A DNA stretch of 56,124 nt from a virus (lineage: Duplodnaviria > Caudoviricetes). Positions 35,999 through 46,501 of this stretch are shown here, piece by piece. The position numbers and the translations under genes were made by a program. Below the pieces are notes generated by a model. It ran no database searches. It was not told the origin of the DNA and was given only the letters and a program-made list of their open reading frames with translations. The stretch covers positions 1 to 56,124 of IMG/VR virus record IMGVR_UViG_3300030116_004829, one strand, 5' to 3'. Every line of letters begins with the position of its first letter. The stretch's first letter is position 1.

Positions 35999-36331
35999 TT
36001 TTACATAAGCAGTAGATCCCATAAACCCAACAACAATAGTTGCTTGAGCGACTAAAAATGTATTTAAAAATCCACTTATCGGTGCCATCCTTATAATGCT
36101 AACAAAGTCAGTAAGTAAAATGCAAATAATAACAATAGAAGATAACATAGAAACCCATGCCATCATTCTTTGTTGATCCATCTGTCTATCTAAATTTTCG
36201 TGCATCGCTCTTTGATGTTCAAGTTCTTCAACCTTTTTAGCCATAGCCATTTCACCATCAGTTATAACACCATCCCCATCTAAATCGGCAACTTCCCAAG
36301 AAGATCCTTTTTGTAATTTTTTCTGTGCCAT
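35972..36331 (-). CDS. Membrane protein with EF-hand-like loop
   Basis: DLDGDGVITDGE loop followed by two hydrophobic helices. Confidence 0.7.
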   Translation of the reverse strand: MAQKKLQKGSSWEVADLDGDGVITDGEMAMAKKVEELEHQRAMHENLDRQMDQQRMMAWVSMLSSIVIICILLTDFVSIIRMAPISGFLNTFLVAQATIVVGFMGSTAYVKSRNGKNGS

Positions 36332-36340
36332 TTTTACCTC

Positions 36341-36433
36341 CTATTTAATAAATAACCACTTTGGTGGAAATGCAACAGCCCAATAATAAGCTATAAGAAC
36401 CATAAAAATAAATATTAAATCTTTAACTTCCAT
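36341..36433 (-). CDS. Small hydrophobic peptide (30 aa)
   Basis: MEVKDLIFIFMVLIAYYWAVAFPPKWLFIK; fills the gap between neighbouring genes. Confidence 0.45.
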   Translation of the reverse strand: MEVKDLIFIFMVLIAYYWAVAFPPKWLFIK

Positions 36434-36927
36434 TCTGTACCTGCTTGTGCTATTTGTGCAAAAGAAACAACAGCAAATAAAACACTAAAAATTAAAATTA
36501 GAATACAAATACCTAAAGCGAAATATCCTGCAACTTCCATAATTTCTTCTTGTTGTTTCTTTTTTTCTAATCTTCGTTTTTTCTCTGCTGCTTTTGCTTC
36601 GTCTATTCTCTTTTTTCTTTCAGCTAATATTCCTGCCCAAGTACCATGACCAAATCTTTGATCAACCATAACAGAAACTTCATACAATCTTTCAGCTGCC
36701 AATTTTGCATCGATGACTTCTGAAGCAACTGATTTAACACCAAACTGATCAGCAATAGTCATGCCGTCTTTTTTACTTCTTTTTTTGTTTATTTGGCTTT
36801 GAGCTTCAAATAAATTTTCAATCTCACCAGAAATTTCTCGAATATCTTTACAAGTATTAATATTAGATTTTATAAAATCTACGCTCTTTTGAAAAAGAGC
36901 AATACCTGTAAGAACTTCTGCAAACAT
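36415..36927 (-). CDS. Coiled-coil membrane protein
   Basis: RFG.GTW motif, charged coiled coil, C-terminal TM helix. Confidence 0.7.
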   Translation of the reverse strand: MFAEVLTGIALFQKSVDFIKSNINTCKDIREISGEIENLFEAQSQINKKRSKKDGMTIADQFGVKSVASEVIDAKLAAERLYEVSVMVDQRFGHGTWAGILAERKKRIDEAKAAEKKRRLEKKKQQEEIMEVAGYFALGICILILIFSVLFAVVSFAQIAQAGTEWKLKI

Positions 36928-36928
36928 A

Positions 36929-39055
36929 TCATTGATTCATAAATTGCAATATTTTATCTTTTGCACTAGGAGAAATACTTTCAACAATACTATCTAAAGA
37001 ATCAGAGCTTTGATCTTCTTCAACTGGCTGTGGGATTGGCGTTTCTGCTTGAGTTAGCAAAGCACCTTGAAGCCAATTTCTTCTATCATCTATTCCCATT
37101 GTTTTTGCCCATCTTATATAAGCAGGCGTTTTGTTTAATTTGTTTATTGTGTTTTGAGAAACAGATCCATTTTCTACAATTTCTTCTATCATATTTATAA
37201 AATTTGGATTATCAAAAAGTTCCCCTGCTACTTTTAATTTATCTTTTGGAGCGAACTTTATCATATCTGCTAAATTGGACGCACCCACTGATCCTAGTGG
37301 ACCAGCAACAACTCCTGCACCTCCAACAGTAGCTGATTTTACAATATTCCTAGAAACTCTATTTTGCATAAATTTTTCTAAAATGTTTTCTGCTAACATA
37401 CCATTTAATAATGCTTGATTGGCTTTTCCTGTTGGGATAACATTCCCTCTAGCAATTGTTATTTTATTAGATATATTAGAAAGATCTTCTAAAACTTTTA
37501 TTGCATCTTCACCAAGCTCTTTTTTTAATATATTATAAATTTGAGATTGTTTTTTAAGACGTTCAAATGTGCTAGAAAATTTAGAAAAAGAAAATGGATC
37601 AGTTACACTAGCTGTTCCACGAGTGTCTCTAGATACAGAATTTAATGCTGTCAATAAAGATTCTTTTCTAAGGTTTTCAGGAATTATTTTTAAAATTTTA
37701 TTTAACTTTGTAATGTCTCCTTTTTCACCTGTTGTTAAAGTTGATCTTAAAAGACTTGCTATGCTTCCTGCACCTTCTTTACCAAAAGCATTTGCAATTC
37801 TATCTTCTAAAGCTTTATATTTAACTGTAAGTCTGTTCGCACCTTTTAATTTATTGACTATTTCTTCTCCTGCCTCATTTCTAACAACATTAAGTTGATC
37901 ACTCCTTAAAACATTGTACAAATCGTTTACAGTTTGACTATCTAAATCACCAAACAAACCACCTTTATTTTGAACAGCTTTGTATACATTCCTTTTCAAT
38001 CTCATGAAAGCACGATACGTCATAGGATTCTTTTTATTTGTGATTTGTTTAAATACTTGAAGCTCTTCTGGAGTTAATGCATTAATATTACCACCTAAAT
38101 CTTTAACAAGATCATCAAAATATTTTAATGTATCGGTTAAATTTACTTTCATTGATGGGTTAATAACTGCATCAACTTCTGTAAAAAGTTTTGAAGCTTC
38201 ATTATTTAAATTTGTTCTTGTGTCATTTAAATTTTTAGAAACTTTTTCTGAAATTAAAGAAAGATCTTGACTGCCACCTATTTCTTCCATAATTTCATCA
38301 GCTCTAATCATAGCATTTTCAATAGTTTTCATCCAATTTGCTGAAGCATCAGATGCAACAATTGATCTAGTTAATCCTCCTGCCTGTTGGACTAATTGAC
38401 TTTCTGCTAAAACGTCTGGTGGTAAATTTATTCCTAATCTTTTTGCTGCAGCCAATGCTTCAGGATTTACTTTTGCTTCTTCTACTAATTTTTCAATTGA
38501 TTTTTTATTCCCTAGAGATGCTTCTCTTACTAATGTTCCTACATCAAAAGCTTTTTGGTCTAAATTACTAGTTGTTTCTTTTACAACAGGCTTTGATACT
38601 TTTTTAATTGTGCTTCTCATAAGTGTTTGAGGTGATCCTAAAAAAGCGTCAGGCAAAGACATAAAATCTTTAACGAATCGCTTTGCATAGCTTTTATCCA
38701 TTCCTAAATTAGTAAATATATCACCAACTCCACCTACAGTATAACCTATTCCTGCTTCTAAACCACTTAATATGCCTAAAGCTGTATCTGCAAAACCTTC
38801 AAATTGTTTTTGTAAACTTGTTGGAATTTTTAATTTTGGACCATCTTCTTTATAAATAGGAACTTCATCAGGTATATCTACAACACCTTCAAGAAAAGCT
38901 CTTTTCATAAATTCGATGCCATCTTCAGAAAATTGTGTTCTTAAAGGCTTTTCTTCTTTTTTATTCATAAAATTTTCTATAGAAGTTTTATCGTCAGCAT
39001 CAGTGACGTTAGAGTCTTTTTCCATAAATTTTTGAATTACATCACTCATTTTCAA
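36929..39055 (-). CDS. DNA ejection / internal virion protein (P22 gp16-like)
   Basis: 708 aa helical; A.RLGI.LP.DV and TGKANQ; last of the ejection-gene trio. Confidence 0.65.
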   Translation of the reverse strand: MKMSDVIQKFMEKDSNVTDADDKTSIENFMNKKEEKPLRTQFSEDGIEFMKRAFLEGVVDIPDEVPIYKEDGPKLKIPTSLQKQFEGFADTALGILSGLEAGIGYTVGGVGDIFTNLGMDKSYAKRFVKDFMSLPDAFLGSPQTLMRSTIKKVSKPVVKETTSNLDQKAFDVGTLVREASLGNKKSIEKLVEEAKVNPEALAAAKRLGINLPPDVLAESQLVQQAGGLTRSIVASDASANWMKTIENAMIRADEIMEEIGGSQDLSLISEKVSKNLNDTRTNLNNEASKLFTEVDAVINPSMKVNLTDTLKYFDDLVKDLGGNINALTPEELQVFKQITNKKNPMTYRAFMRLKRNVYKAVQNKGGLFGDLDSQTVNDLYNVLRSDQLNVVRNEAGEEIVNKLKGANRLTVKYKALEDRIANAFGKEGAGSIASLLRSTLTTGEKGDITKLNKILKIIPENLRKESLLTALNSVSRDTRGTASVTDPFSFSKFSSTFERLKKQSQIYNILKKELGEDAIKVLEDLSNISNKITIARGNVIPTGKANQALLNGMLAENILEKFMQNRVSRNIVKSATVGGAGVVAGPLGSVGASNLADMIKFAPKDKLKVAGELFDNPNFINMIEEIVENGSVSQNTINKLNKTPAYIRWAKTMGIDDRRNWLQGALLTQAETPIPQPVEEDQSSDSLDSIVESISPSAKDKILQFMNQ

Positions 39056-40652
39056 GCTCCTGAATTCTTTTTATGACTGCTGCTTCTAGTCCAGGAGTGA
39101 AATTTTCCCTGCCGACAGACCTTATCATTTCTCTTAATTGATCTGCATTCATATTAGGAACTTGTGAAATAAATTCAGATTGTTCAGCTTGTCTGCTAGC
39201 TGAAGATTTAGTTCTCATAAATTCTTGCCAATCGGAAATTGTTTTCAGTCCTGATCCTAAAAATTCTGCTTGTTCTCTATAATAGTCTAATAATTTATTT
39301 TGAGCTGCAATTTTTTTGTCTAACCACTCGATCAATTGAGGTTCATTTAATGCTGGTGGCAAAGCAGTGTCTAATGCTAAATTCAATTCGCCTTCACTTA
39401 AAGCACCAAAAGTTACAGAACCTATTATATCTAAACCTAATTCACGTTGTAAATTCCTTAAAGATATACTTCCTGCTGTATAATCTGGTAAATATTGTTG
39501 GATAAATCCAGTTTTTGCACCACCTTCTTCTAAAAGCTTTTTACCTTTTATTAAATTCCTAATGTTTTTATCTATTTTAGGAATTTGTTCAAAAGCTTTT
39601 TGGGACTGATCAACACCCAATTTAACAGCCTGTGTTACTCCTGCTGTTCTTATCTCATCCAATATTCCAGATTCTCTTGCTTTTGCGAGAACTTCGTCTC
39701 TTTCTGTAGGATCAGTAATTGTTTTTCCAGTTGAATCCCTTACCACTGTCTCACCATTTTTAAGAACTAGCAAAACAGTACTGTCATTGAAAACAACACT
39801 TCTTTGGACATTGCTACCACTAGCTGATGTAGAAGAAGTTTTTAATGCTTTAGCAAAATCGACAGCTAATGGACCTTCTGCTGCCAAAGCATCTCTTTGT
39901 GATTTTTTAGTTCTCATTAAATATTCTGCAGGAGAAGCAAATGCACCTGAAGCTGATCCTAATAAAGTGCTTCCTGGTTGATTAGCTAGCTCTCCCATTT
40001 TCGTGAAATATAATAAAGAAGCGATGGCAGGATCGAACTCTTCTGGTTTAGGTCTTAATGCTCTAGCTAATTTTAAAGCAGTCTCTGCATTGGCACTATC
40101 CCCTGCCAATGTTGTTAAAGCATCTATGTCTAAATTATCTAAAACACTCATATTATTATCTCCTTGTATCTCAACATTCGACTCTGGTCCAGCATCTAAA
40201 CCATATAAGTTTGCATATCTTCTAGCATGACCATATCTTTGGCTTCTAACACTTTGTGCTGGAAAAATATAATTATTTGTAATTGCTGCTGTCGCTTCAT
40301 CTATTGTTGCATCTCTATCTGTTAAAACCTCATAAACTTCAGGATAATTTTCTTTTACATCTTTAAAAAAATATTCTAATTGACCATCTGCTGAATCTCT
40401 TCCTAAACCTTGCGAATCCAAAAAACTAAATAATTTATTTTTTCTAGGATCAGGAGCAGACATTCCTTCCTCCTGAGGAACATTCCTATATTGAAATAAT
40501 CCCCAAGCCAATTCTTCAGGGTCTTCATTAAATGCTCCAGGATTAAATCTAGACTCTGCAAAAATAGTTCCCATAATTGCAGCTTTAGCCTGATCAGTCC
40601 ATGGCTGACTATCAAGGATAGAAAATATAGCATCTGTATTTTCATTTTTCAT
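39042..40652 (-). CDS. Ejection protein (P22 gp20-like) with N-terminal tail-lysozyme domain
   Basis: AAIMG.I.AES.FNP.A...GLFQY lysozyme motif; C-terminal TFGALSEGEL.LA..TALP. Confidence 0.7.
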   Translation of the reverse strand: MKNENTDAIFSILDSQPWTDQAKAAIMGTIFAESRFNPGAFNEDPEELAWGLFQYRNVPQEEGMSAPDPRKNKLFSFLDSQGLGRDSADGQLEYFFKDVKENYPEVYEVLTDRDATIDEATAAITNNYIFPAQSVRSQRYGHARRYANLYGLDAGPESNVEIQGDNNMSVLDNLDIDALTTLAGDSANAETALKLARALRPKPEEFDPAIASLLYFTKMGELANQPGSTLLGSASGAFASPAEYLMRTKKSQRDALAAEGPLAVDFAKALKTSSTSASGSNVQRSVVFNDSTVLLVLKNGETVVRDSTGKTITDPTERDEVLAKARESGILDEIRTAGVTQAVKLGVDQSQKAFEQIPKIDKNIRNLIKGKKLLEEGGAKTGFIQQYLPDYTAGSISLRNLQRELGLDIIGSVTFGALSEGELNLALDTALPPALNEPQLIEWLDKKIAAQNKLLDYYREQAEFLGSGLKTISDWQEFMRTKSSASRQAEQSEFISQVPNMNADQLREMIRSVGRENFTPGLEAAVIKRIQELENE

Positions 40653-40655
40653 ATA

Positions 40656-41762
40656 TTAACTTCTTTGCGATAATGCATAAGCACTTCCTAGACTTCCTAA
40701 AGCAGATAAAGTTTGCGCATAAACACTAGGAATAGGTGTTTGAGTTGTTGAATAACCTTGAGTAAAACCTCTTTGGTCATAAGGAACTCCTTGCAACAGA
40801 CCTAAAATATAATTTAAATCTTCCATAGGCTGTGCTCTTTGGTCTAAATAGTCTTGATATGCTTGATCCACACCTCTTTGATCTAATGCTCTTTCTGCTT
40901 CACCTACTGTTATTAAACCTTGTGCAACTGCATTTTTTAAATTTTCTTGAGTTGTTGCTGCATCTTGTATAGCTTGTATTTCTTTTAATCTAGATGCTTC
41001 GTCAGTTTCATATGCTGATCTTAATGCAGCATCTGCATCAAATCTTGCAGTTCTATCTGCATCAAATCTGCCTGCAGCAAAACCTAATGCATCAGCACCT
41101 GCTTTAGCTAATAAATCAGCTTCCGATTGTATACCTTCTGCACCTAAAGTTGCTTCCATTAAACCTAACCTTGACCCACCGAATGCACCTGACCTTGCAG
41201 CTTTATCTCTTGCTGCTTGCTGACCTATTGCAGTCTGTTCTTGTATTTGTTTTATTGCTGGATCAATTGCAGCTGTATAAGTGTCTAGATAAGGTGATAA
41301 ATCAGCTGTACTAAAAGCATCACCTTCTAAATAATCTCTTAAATATTGATCAGTTGTCTTTCCTGCTGCCAATGCATCAGCTGCCATTCCTGGAGCATAT
41401 CCTGCACCTAAACCATCTAACAATCCACCAGTCTCAGTAATAGTGTCCATTAAAGTTGAATAATCACCTTTGCCTTCCATCAAGATTTTATAAGCTTGTT
41501 GTTCGGCAGGTGACATTTTAGAACCGATTATCTCACCAGTAGGAAGATCAACTACTCTTGCTGCTCCTGTACCACCTTCAATTACATCATAGGTTATATT
41601 TCTAGGAGGAGCAGCTTCTGGCTTCAAATCGCTTTCTATAAGATTCATGCCTTGTTCAACAATCTGCTGACCAGCATCAGACATCCATGATGGTATCTCT
41701 GTTCCAGTTACAGTTTGATTATAACTCGGTAAAGTTGTAAATTGTGGATCGAATATTGACAT
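40656..41762 (-). CDS. Ejection/pilot protein (P22 gp7-like)
   Basis: Ala/Gln-rich helical protein with GAFGGSR motif and a Gly-rich hydrophobic C-terminus. Confidence 0.65.
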   Translation of the reverse strand: MSIFDPQFTTLPSYNQTVTGTEIPSWMSDAGQQIVEQGMNLIESDLKPEAAPPRNITYDVIEGGTGAARVVDLPTGEIIGSKMSPAEQQAYKILMEGKGDYSTLMDTITETGGLLDGLGAGYAPGMAADALAAGKTTDQYLRDYLEGDAFSTADLSPYLDTYTAAIDPAIKQIQEQTAIGQQAARDKAARSGAFGGSRLGLMEATLGAEGIQSEADLLAKAGADALGFAAGRFDADRTARFDADAALRSAYETDEASRLKEIQAIQDAATTQENLKNAVAQGLITVGEAERALDQRGVDQAYQDYLDQRAQPMEDLNYILGLLQGVPYDQRGFTQGYSTTQTPIPSVYAQTLSALGSLGSAYALSQRS

Positions 41763-41765
41763 TTC

Positions 41766-42089
41766 TTACCTCATTCCACCTAATGCACCCATTTGCTCTC
41801 TAGGCATTTGTTGACTTTGACCTGCAACTTGCTCTATTAACCTTCTTAATTCAGGAAGTAATTTCATTAATACTCTAGCAACTTCTGGAGTAATTGCAGA
41901 ATCTAGCGACCTTAATTCTTCAGGTGACATGTTTGTAAGTCTAGACATTAAAACTGCAGATATTTCGTCTGAAGGTTGCATTAATCTTGCTTTTGCTTCT
42001 TCAGGCATATTATTAGCTTGCATTTCTCTTTCAGGCATTTGTCTATCTGGCATATTAGCCATAGCACCTTTTCCCATCATTTCAGCCAT
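41766..42089 (-). CDS. Hypothetical protein (Met/Gln-rich)
   Basis: 107 aa in the late operon, AGGAG RBS. Confidence 0.6.
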   Translation of the reverse strand: MAEMMGKGAMANMPDRQMPEREMQANNMPEEAKARLMQPSDEISAVLMSRLTNMSPEELRSLDSAITPEVARVLMKLLPELRRLIEQVAGQSQQMPREQMGALGGMR

Positions 42090-43206
42090 TATTTTTCTCC
42101 TTGTAAAGTACAGACCAGTCTGTTGATTTCTTAAAAGTACCTAAAAGCCAACAGACAGGCTCTCCGATACGACGATATATTTTGCCTAAATAATCTGGCT
42201 TTTCTCTTTTACCATATATATAAGCGATTTCATTTGCTCTATGTGTTGCAATATGTTTCCAGAATTTTACCATCCTACCTTTGCGCATTTGTTTAACAAC
42301 CCAAACTGCCCAGAGATGATATCCATTAACATGTGTTGGTGTTAAATAATCTCTTGTAAATTTATAATCCATAAGAACTTGTTCTTTGGTCAATAATCCT
42401 TGTTTGTGTAATTCGTTACATATAACTCTGCCACCTAATGCTCCACCAACAAATCCTGCAATTGCTCCACCAACTGGTCCAAGTAATGGAGTAAAAATAG
42501 CTCTGGCAGTATGAGATGCGAGAGCACTTGCTCCTGCTTTTCTTGCAGCACTGGCAGGATCTTCACCTGCAATTAACTGCACAGCAAAGTTGCCTACAGC
42601 TTGACCACCAGCTCTAGCTATTTGTGTTTGGTCTTTAAAAATATCTAAAAATTCTACACCTTCTTGTTGTAAAATATTTGCTCCTGCTCTTGCTCCTTCT
42701 GGGAATACACCACCTTTAGCAAAAACTTCTTTACCAGTTTGTGGATCAAACATTTGATCTGGTGCAAAATTTAAAGCACCTTTACCTCCACCGAAAGGCA
42801 AAATAGAAGAAAATGCATCTTTTCCTGTAACACCTTCGCCAAACAATTTCATACCAATTGCTCCACCGATTGGAGCACCTATTGTAGTGCCTAATGCACT
42901 AGCACCTGCTGATATTAGTTCACTAGGTGACATCATGCCTTCTGGCTGACCATATTGATCGATATACTTTTCGTATCTATCCATCATTTCTTCATCCATA
43001 GGATCTTTTTGATCATATGCTTTTTCACCAGTTTGCACTTTTTTAACCCACTCAAACATTGGCAGAACATAAGTGCCATATGAAAATTGTAAATTTTTCA
43101 TATCAAAGTCTGGTGTCTGGCTTTCTAAACTATATATAGGAAAAGTTTCTTGCTCTTCCTCTTCTTCAGTTGTCTGGTCGTCAGTTGTTTGATCATGATC
43201 TGGCAT
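42082..43206 (-). CDS. Putative virion protein with C-terminal VIC..L...GY..WA domain
   Basis: Gly-zipper hydrophobic segments, then GGRVICNELHKQG...GYHLWA basic domain. Confidence 0.6.
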   Translation of the reverse strand: MPDHDQTTDDQTTEEEEEQETFPIYSLESQTPDFDMKNLQFSYGTYVLPMFEWVKKVQTGEKAYDQKDPMDEEMMDRYEKYIDQYGQPEGMMSPSELISAGASALGTTIGAPIGGAIGMKLFGEGVTGKDAFSSILPFGGGKGALNFAPDQMFDPQTGKEVFAKGGVFPEGARAGANILQQEGVEFLDIFKDQTQIARAGGQAVGNFAVQLIAGEDPASAARKAGASALASHTARAIFTPLLGPVGGAIAGFVGGALGGRVICNELHKQGLLTKEQVLMDYKFTRDYLTPTHVNGYHLWAVWVVKQMRKGRMVKFWKHIATHRANEIAYIYGKREKPDYLGKIYRRIGEPVCWLLGTFKKSTDWSVLYKEKNNG

Positions 43207-43207
43207 T

Positions 43208-43531
43208 TTAACTTACCTCCAATATACTTGCAACTACATGTAGCCTGTCTGCTGTTGCTGCTGTTACTTTTAAAATTTCACTTTCTTCTACAACTAATGG
43301 TGCTGATAATAATTCTAATGTTTGTTTTGCAGATATCGCTTTATCTTTATATATACTATATACTGCACTTGAAGCATTTGTTAAAGTTAAAGTTATAGTG
43401 TCTGCATTATTAGAATCTTCACTAACCAATATGGATTTAACAATTGCAGTTGTTGCACTAGGACAAGTGTACAATGTTGTAGCATTTGTAGTTGTTAAAT
43501 CAACTTTAGCATTTTTAAATAAATTAGCCAT
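43208..43531 (-). CDS. Small beta-sandwich tail protein
   Basis: LYTCP..TTAIVKSILV...LVVEE.E.LKV.A; paralogous to 52678-53052. Confidence 0.7.
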   Translation of the reverse strand: MANLFKNAKVDLTTTNATTLYTCPSATTAIVKSILVSEDSNNADTITLTLTNASSAVYSIYKDKAISAKQTLELLSAPLVVEESEILKVTAATADRLHVVASILEVS

Positions 43532-43712
43532 TAAACCAAGTCACTGCTTCCGATTGTTCTGTTGCTGATTTTATAATAAAACTTTGTCCAAAATATGCTG
43601 ATCTTTTTTCTAGTTCTATTATATTATTTAATCTAATTTGATAATTCCTGTCGTAATTATTCGGAGGGTCAGGCAATCTTGCTAATGCTAATGGTGAAGC
43701 TTGTTCTGTCAT
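43524..43712 (-). CDS. Small tail-associated protein
   Basis: LP.PP..YD...EA.TWF; follows the nozzle gene. Confidence 0.6.
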   Translation of the reverse strand: MTEQASPLALARLPDPPNNYDRNYQIRLNNIIELEKRSAYFGQSFIIKSATEQSEAVTWFNG

Positions 43713-46033
43713 CTTAACCCATCCTCTTTTGTATTTATTCTAAAAGTTCCTGTTGCCCATTGATCAGCAATACCTTTACTTTGTATTTTTAAAGAAACTT
43801 GTCTTCCTCTTATTCTTGTGCTTATTTTATCAGTTGAAGTTAAAGATGTTGTGTTACTATAACTTACATTGTGTGGACCTTTCATAGATACATCACCTGT
43901 ACCAACCCCACCAGATGTGGGAAGTGAAAAAGGAAATTTACTCGCTTTTAAATATAAATCAAGAGATGTTGTATCACTTATGCTAACATCAGGAATTAAT
44001 CTATCAATTAATTGCATCTCATTTCCGTTGCTAGTAAGTTCTTGTGGAGAACTTTCTATATAGGCATTCATTGCATCTCCGTCAGCTGTTGTACCACTTT
44101 CATGATTATATAATACTCCATCTGATTCAAAAGCAAAAGGTTTATCTCTTGCACCAAAACTATCTAGCCAACAACTTCTTCCCATATTACCTACTGTCCA
44201 AATATTTTGTTCATAATTATAAGTAACATAATTATTATTTTCTGGGTTATCATCGTCAGTTAAAGATGTTATAGAATTTATTGCTGACCTTTTATCATTA
44301 ATAGAAGATTGTATAGTTATTTGCTTGCTTATAAATTGCCAAGTAGCAGTTGGATCTATTTTAGTTTCATCTCCAGTTATATAATTCATAGGATCAATTT
44401 CTATCTCAATATTGTTTTGATCTGTAACTTTTGTAATAAATGCTTTTACACTATAACTATTTTTTGAAAAAAGGCTAAAAATTCCATCTGCATCACTATT
44501 TTTTGATATCCATACAGGATCTCCAACTTCCCAAGTATCAACTCCAGGAGATGGCCAAGTAATACCACAAGAGTTTTTACCTAGTGTTTGAGAAACAATA
44601 TTACTTGATAAAGCTATATTTAAAGAATATTTTTTATTTTTACTAGGATAAAACCAAGATAACTCTTTAAATTTTTTATTATGACCTGTTACCACTTTAT
44701 CTTTATATTCAGAATGAATTCTATTAAATACATATTGTTGTACAGGACAAGCCAGCTCTTTTACTGCACCATCATAAATATAAAAATTATTATCACCCAT
44801 CCAATATACTGTACTATCAACATTAATCATCGCATTTAAACCTGTTGATGCTGAACCAACAGCCAATAGTCTAAAACTAAATACAAAATCACCACCGACA
44901 AAAGTCATACCATAAACAGCTTCATCTGTAGAAATGATTGTTTCTTCTCTAGTGCTAATCATAGATATAATTTTAGATCCAATTTGTAATCTTTGATCAC
45001 CTGCTGTATTTGTTGCAGTCGGTGTCCATATAGTATAATCTTCTTGGTTGCTCCAACGAACCAACATTTCATCCATTGTTGATGTTCCTGCTGTAGTACA
45101 TCCACCACAAACATAATGTCTATCTGGAAAAGATACGATTGCAGTTCTTGCCTTACTAGGAACATCAGTTGCACCACCAATTGAGGATATTAAAACTGCT
45201 CTGCTAGTCGGACCACCAGATGTATCCCAATAATATAAACCATGATTTCTAATACCTGCTAATACATCTTCACCCCAAAGATTAATGTGCCAACTAGAAT
45301 TTTCTAACACAACAGTTGTTGAGCCAACAGTTGCAGGACTACCCCAACCATCACTACCCCAAGTGCTGATACCCCAACCGAGAGCAGGAGCTGATGTTTG
45401 TGTGCCTAATCCGTCATCTAAACCTTTAAGGTATAAAACATCTAAAGTTGTACCACCACCAGAACTTACTGTACTAGAAGCTGCACTATCAACTGTTATT
45501 GTATATGAATTAGAATCAACAAGTGTAATTTGATATCCTGATTTTCTATTTAAATCATCAGCTGCGATACCACCTGTTGCAGCTGCACTTTCTATTACAA
45601 CAAAGTCTCCAGTTTTTGCACCATGACCACTATCTGTAACAGTCACAGTTGTGCTCCCATTAGTTGTTGCTAACGGATTACTTAAATTATTTGTTGTTTT
45701 TCTTAATGGTGTAATATCGTACAACAAGCCATCTTGTATAATATATAAATGACTATGTGTTCCTAAAACTATTCTATCTTTACTATCGGACAAAGCTCTC
45801 CAAAAAAGCATTTTTCTGCCGACACCTTTCGGATTTTCAACTACACCACTAGCACCACCACTAGCTGTCAAACCTTCTATATCTTCTTTCGACCAACCAC
45901 CAATTTTAGCAGGATAACCATCTTGAAATCGCACAAGATTACTGTCTATCCAAAATGGACCATTCTTTCCAGCTGTGTACTCTGTAATGTCTTTTATAAC
46001 ACCAGGATTAAATTTTAGTAATTGTAATGTCAT
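43709..46033 (-). CDS. Tail nozzle / DNA stabilisation protein (P22 gp10-like)
   Basis: 774 aa; VRF..G.P.KIGGW, VRWS.QE, WFYPS and R.RGRQ...W..G.FR...DG.R. Confidence 0.8.
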   Translation of the reverse strand: MTLQLLKFNPGVIKDITEYTAGKNGPFWIDSNLVRFQDGYPAKIGGWSKEDIEGLTASGGASGVVENPKGVGRKMLFWRALSDSKDRIVLGTHSHLYIIQDGLLYDITPLRKTTNNLSNPLATTNGSTTVTVTDSGHGAKTGDFVVIESAAATGGIAADDLNRKSGYQITLVDSNSYTITVDSAASSTVSSGGGTTLDVLYLKGLDDGLGTQTSAPALGWGISTWGSDGWGSPATVGSTTVVLENSSWHINLWGEDVLAGIRNHGLYYWDTSGGPTSRAVLISSIGGATDVPSKARTAIVSFPDRHYVCGGCTTAGTSTMDEMLVRWSNQEDYTIWTPTATNTAGDQRLQIGSKIISMISTREETIISTDEAVYGMTFVGGDFVFSFRLLAVGSASTGLNAMINVDSTVYWMGDNNFYIYDGAVKELACPVQQYVFNRIHSEYKDKVVTGHNKKFKELSWFYPSKNKKYSLNIALSSNIVSQTLGKNSCGITWPSPGVDTWEVGDPVWISKNSDADGIFSLFSKNSYSVKAFITKVTDQNNIEIEIDPMNYITGDETKIDPTATWQFISKQITIQSSINDKRSAINSITSLTDDDNPENNNYVTYNYEQNIWTVGNMGRSCWLDSFGARDKPFAFESDGVLYNHESGTTADGDAMNAYIESSPQELTSNGNEMQLIDRLIPDVSISDTTSLDLYLKASKFPFSLPTSGGVGTGDVSMKGPHNVSYSNTTSLTSTDKISTRIRGRQVSLKIQSKGIADQWATGTFRINTKEDGLR

Positions 46034-46500
46034 ATTAATTCAAAATGTGGACCATCTATAAATGGTCTTCTCCCTTCACTACGTCTTAAATCTACATATT
46101 TCATCATTGCATCTTCTGCTGTTCCAGGATAAGATCTTATATCACCTTCTGACCATGCTGCACCCCATTTTATTGCAACACCATGCATCTCTGCTGCTTT
46201 TTTAAATGCATCGCAAATATCATCATAAACATTTATTTCCCATACAATATCTGATCCATCATACGCAACAACATCAACAGCATGCGAATAGCCAGTTGAA
46301 TCTTGTTTAAGGTGTTTTGAATTCATAGTTTGAGATCTTCCTGAATCATATAATTTTTTCTGTTCTTCTAAAGTTCTCACACCATAGGTTACACCAAAAT
46401 CAACTTTGGTAAGAGTGATTGCAGTTTCAACAACACTTATCATGTCTGGATGAACACCTTCTAATTTACTTTTAGATCTATTTGATAATGAAAAAGCCAT
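46030..46500 (-). CDS. Endolysin, M15 family peptidase (L-Ala-D-Glu peptidase-like)
   Basis: G.RT.EEQ, SKH......HAVD, WG..W and DGPHFEL. Confidence 0.9.
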   Translation of the reverse strand: MAFSLSNRSKSKLEGVHPDMISVVETAITLTKVDFGVTYGVRTLEEQKKLYDSGRSQTMNSKHLKQDSTGYSHAVDVVAYDGSDIVWEINVYDDICDAFKKAAEMHGVAIKWGAAWSEGDIRSYPGTAEDAMMKYVDLRRSEGRRPFIDGPHFELI

Positions 46501-46501
46501 T

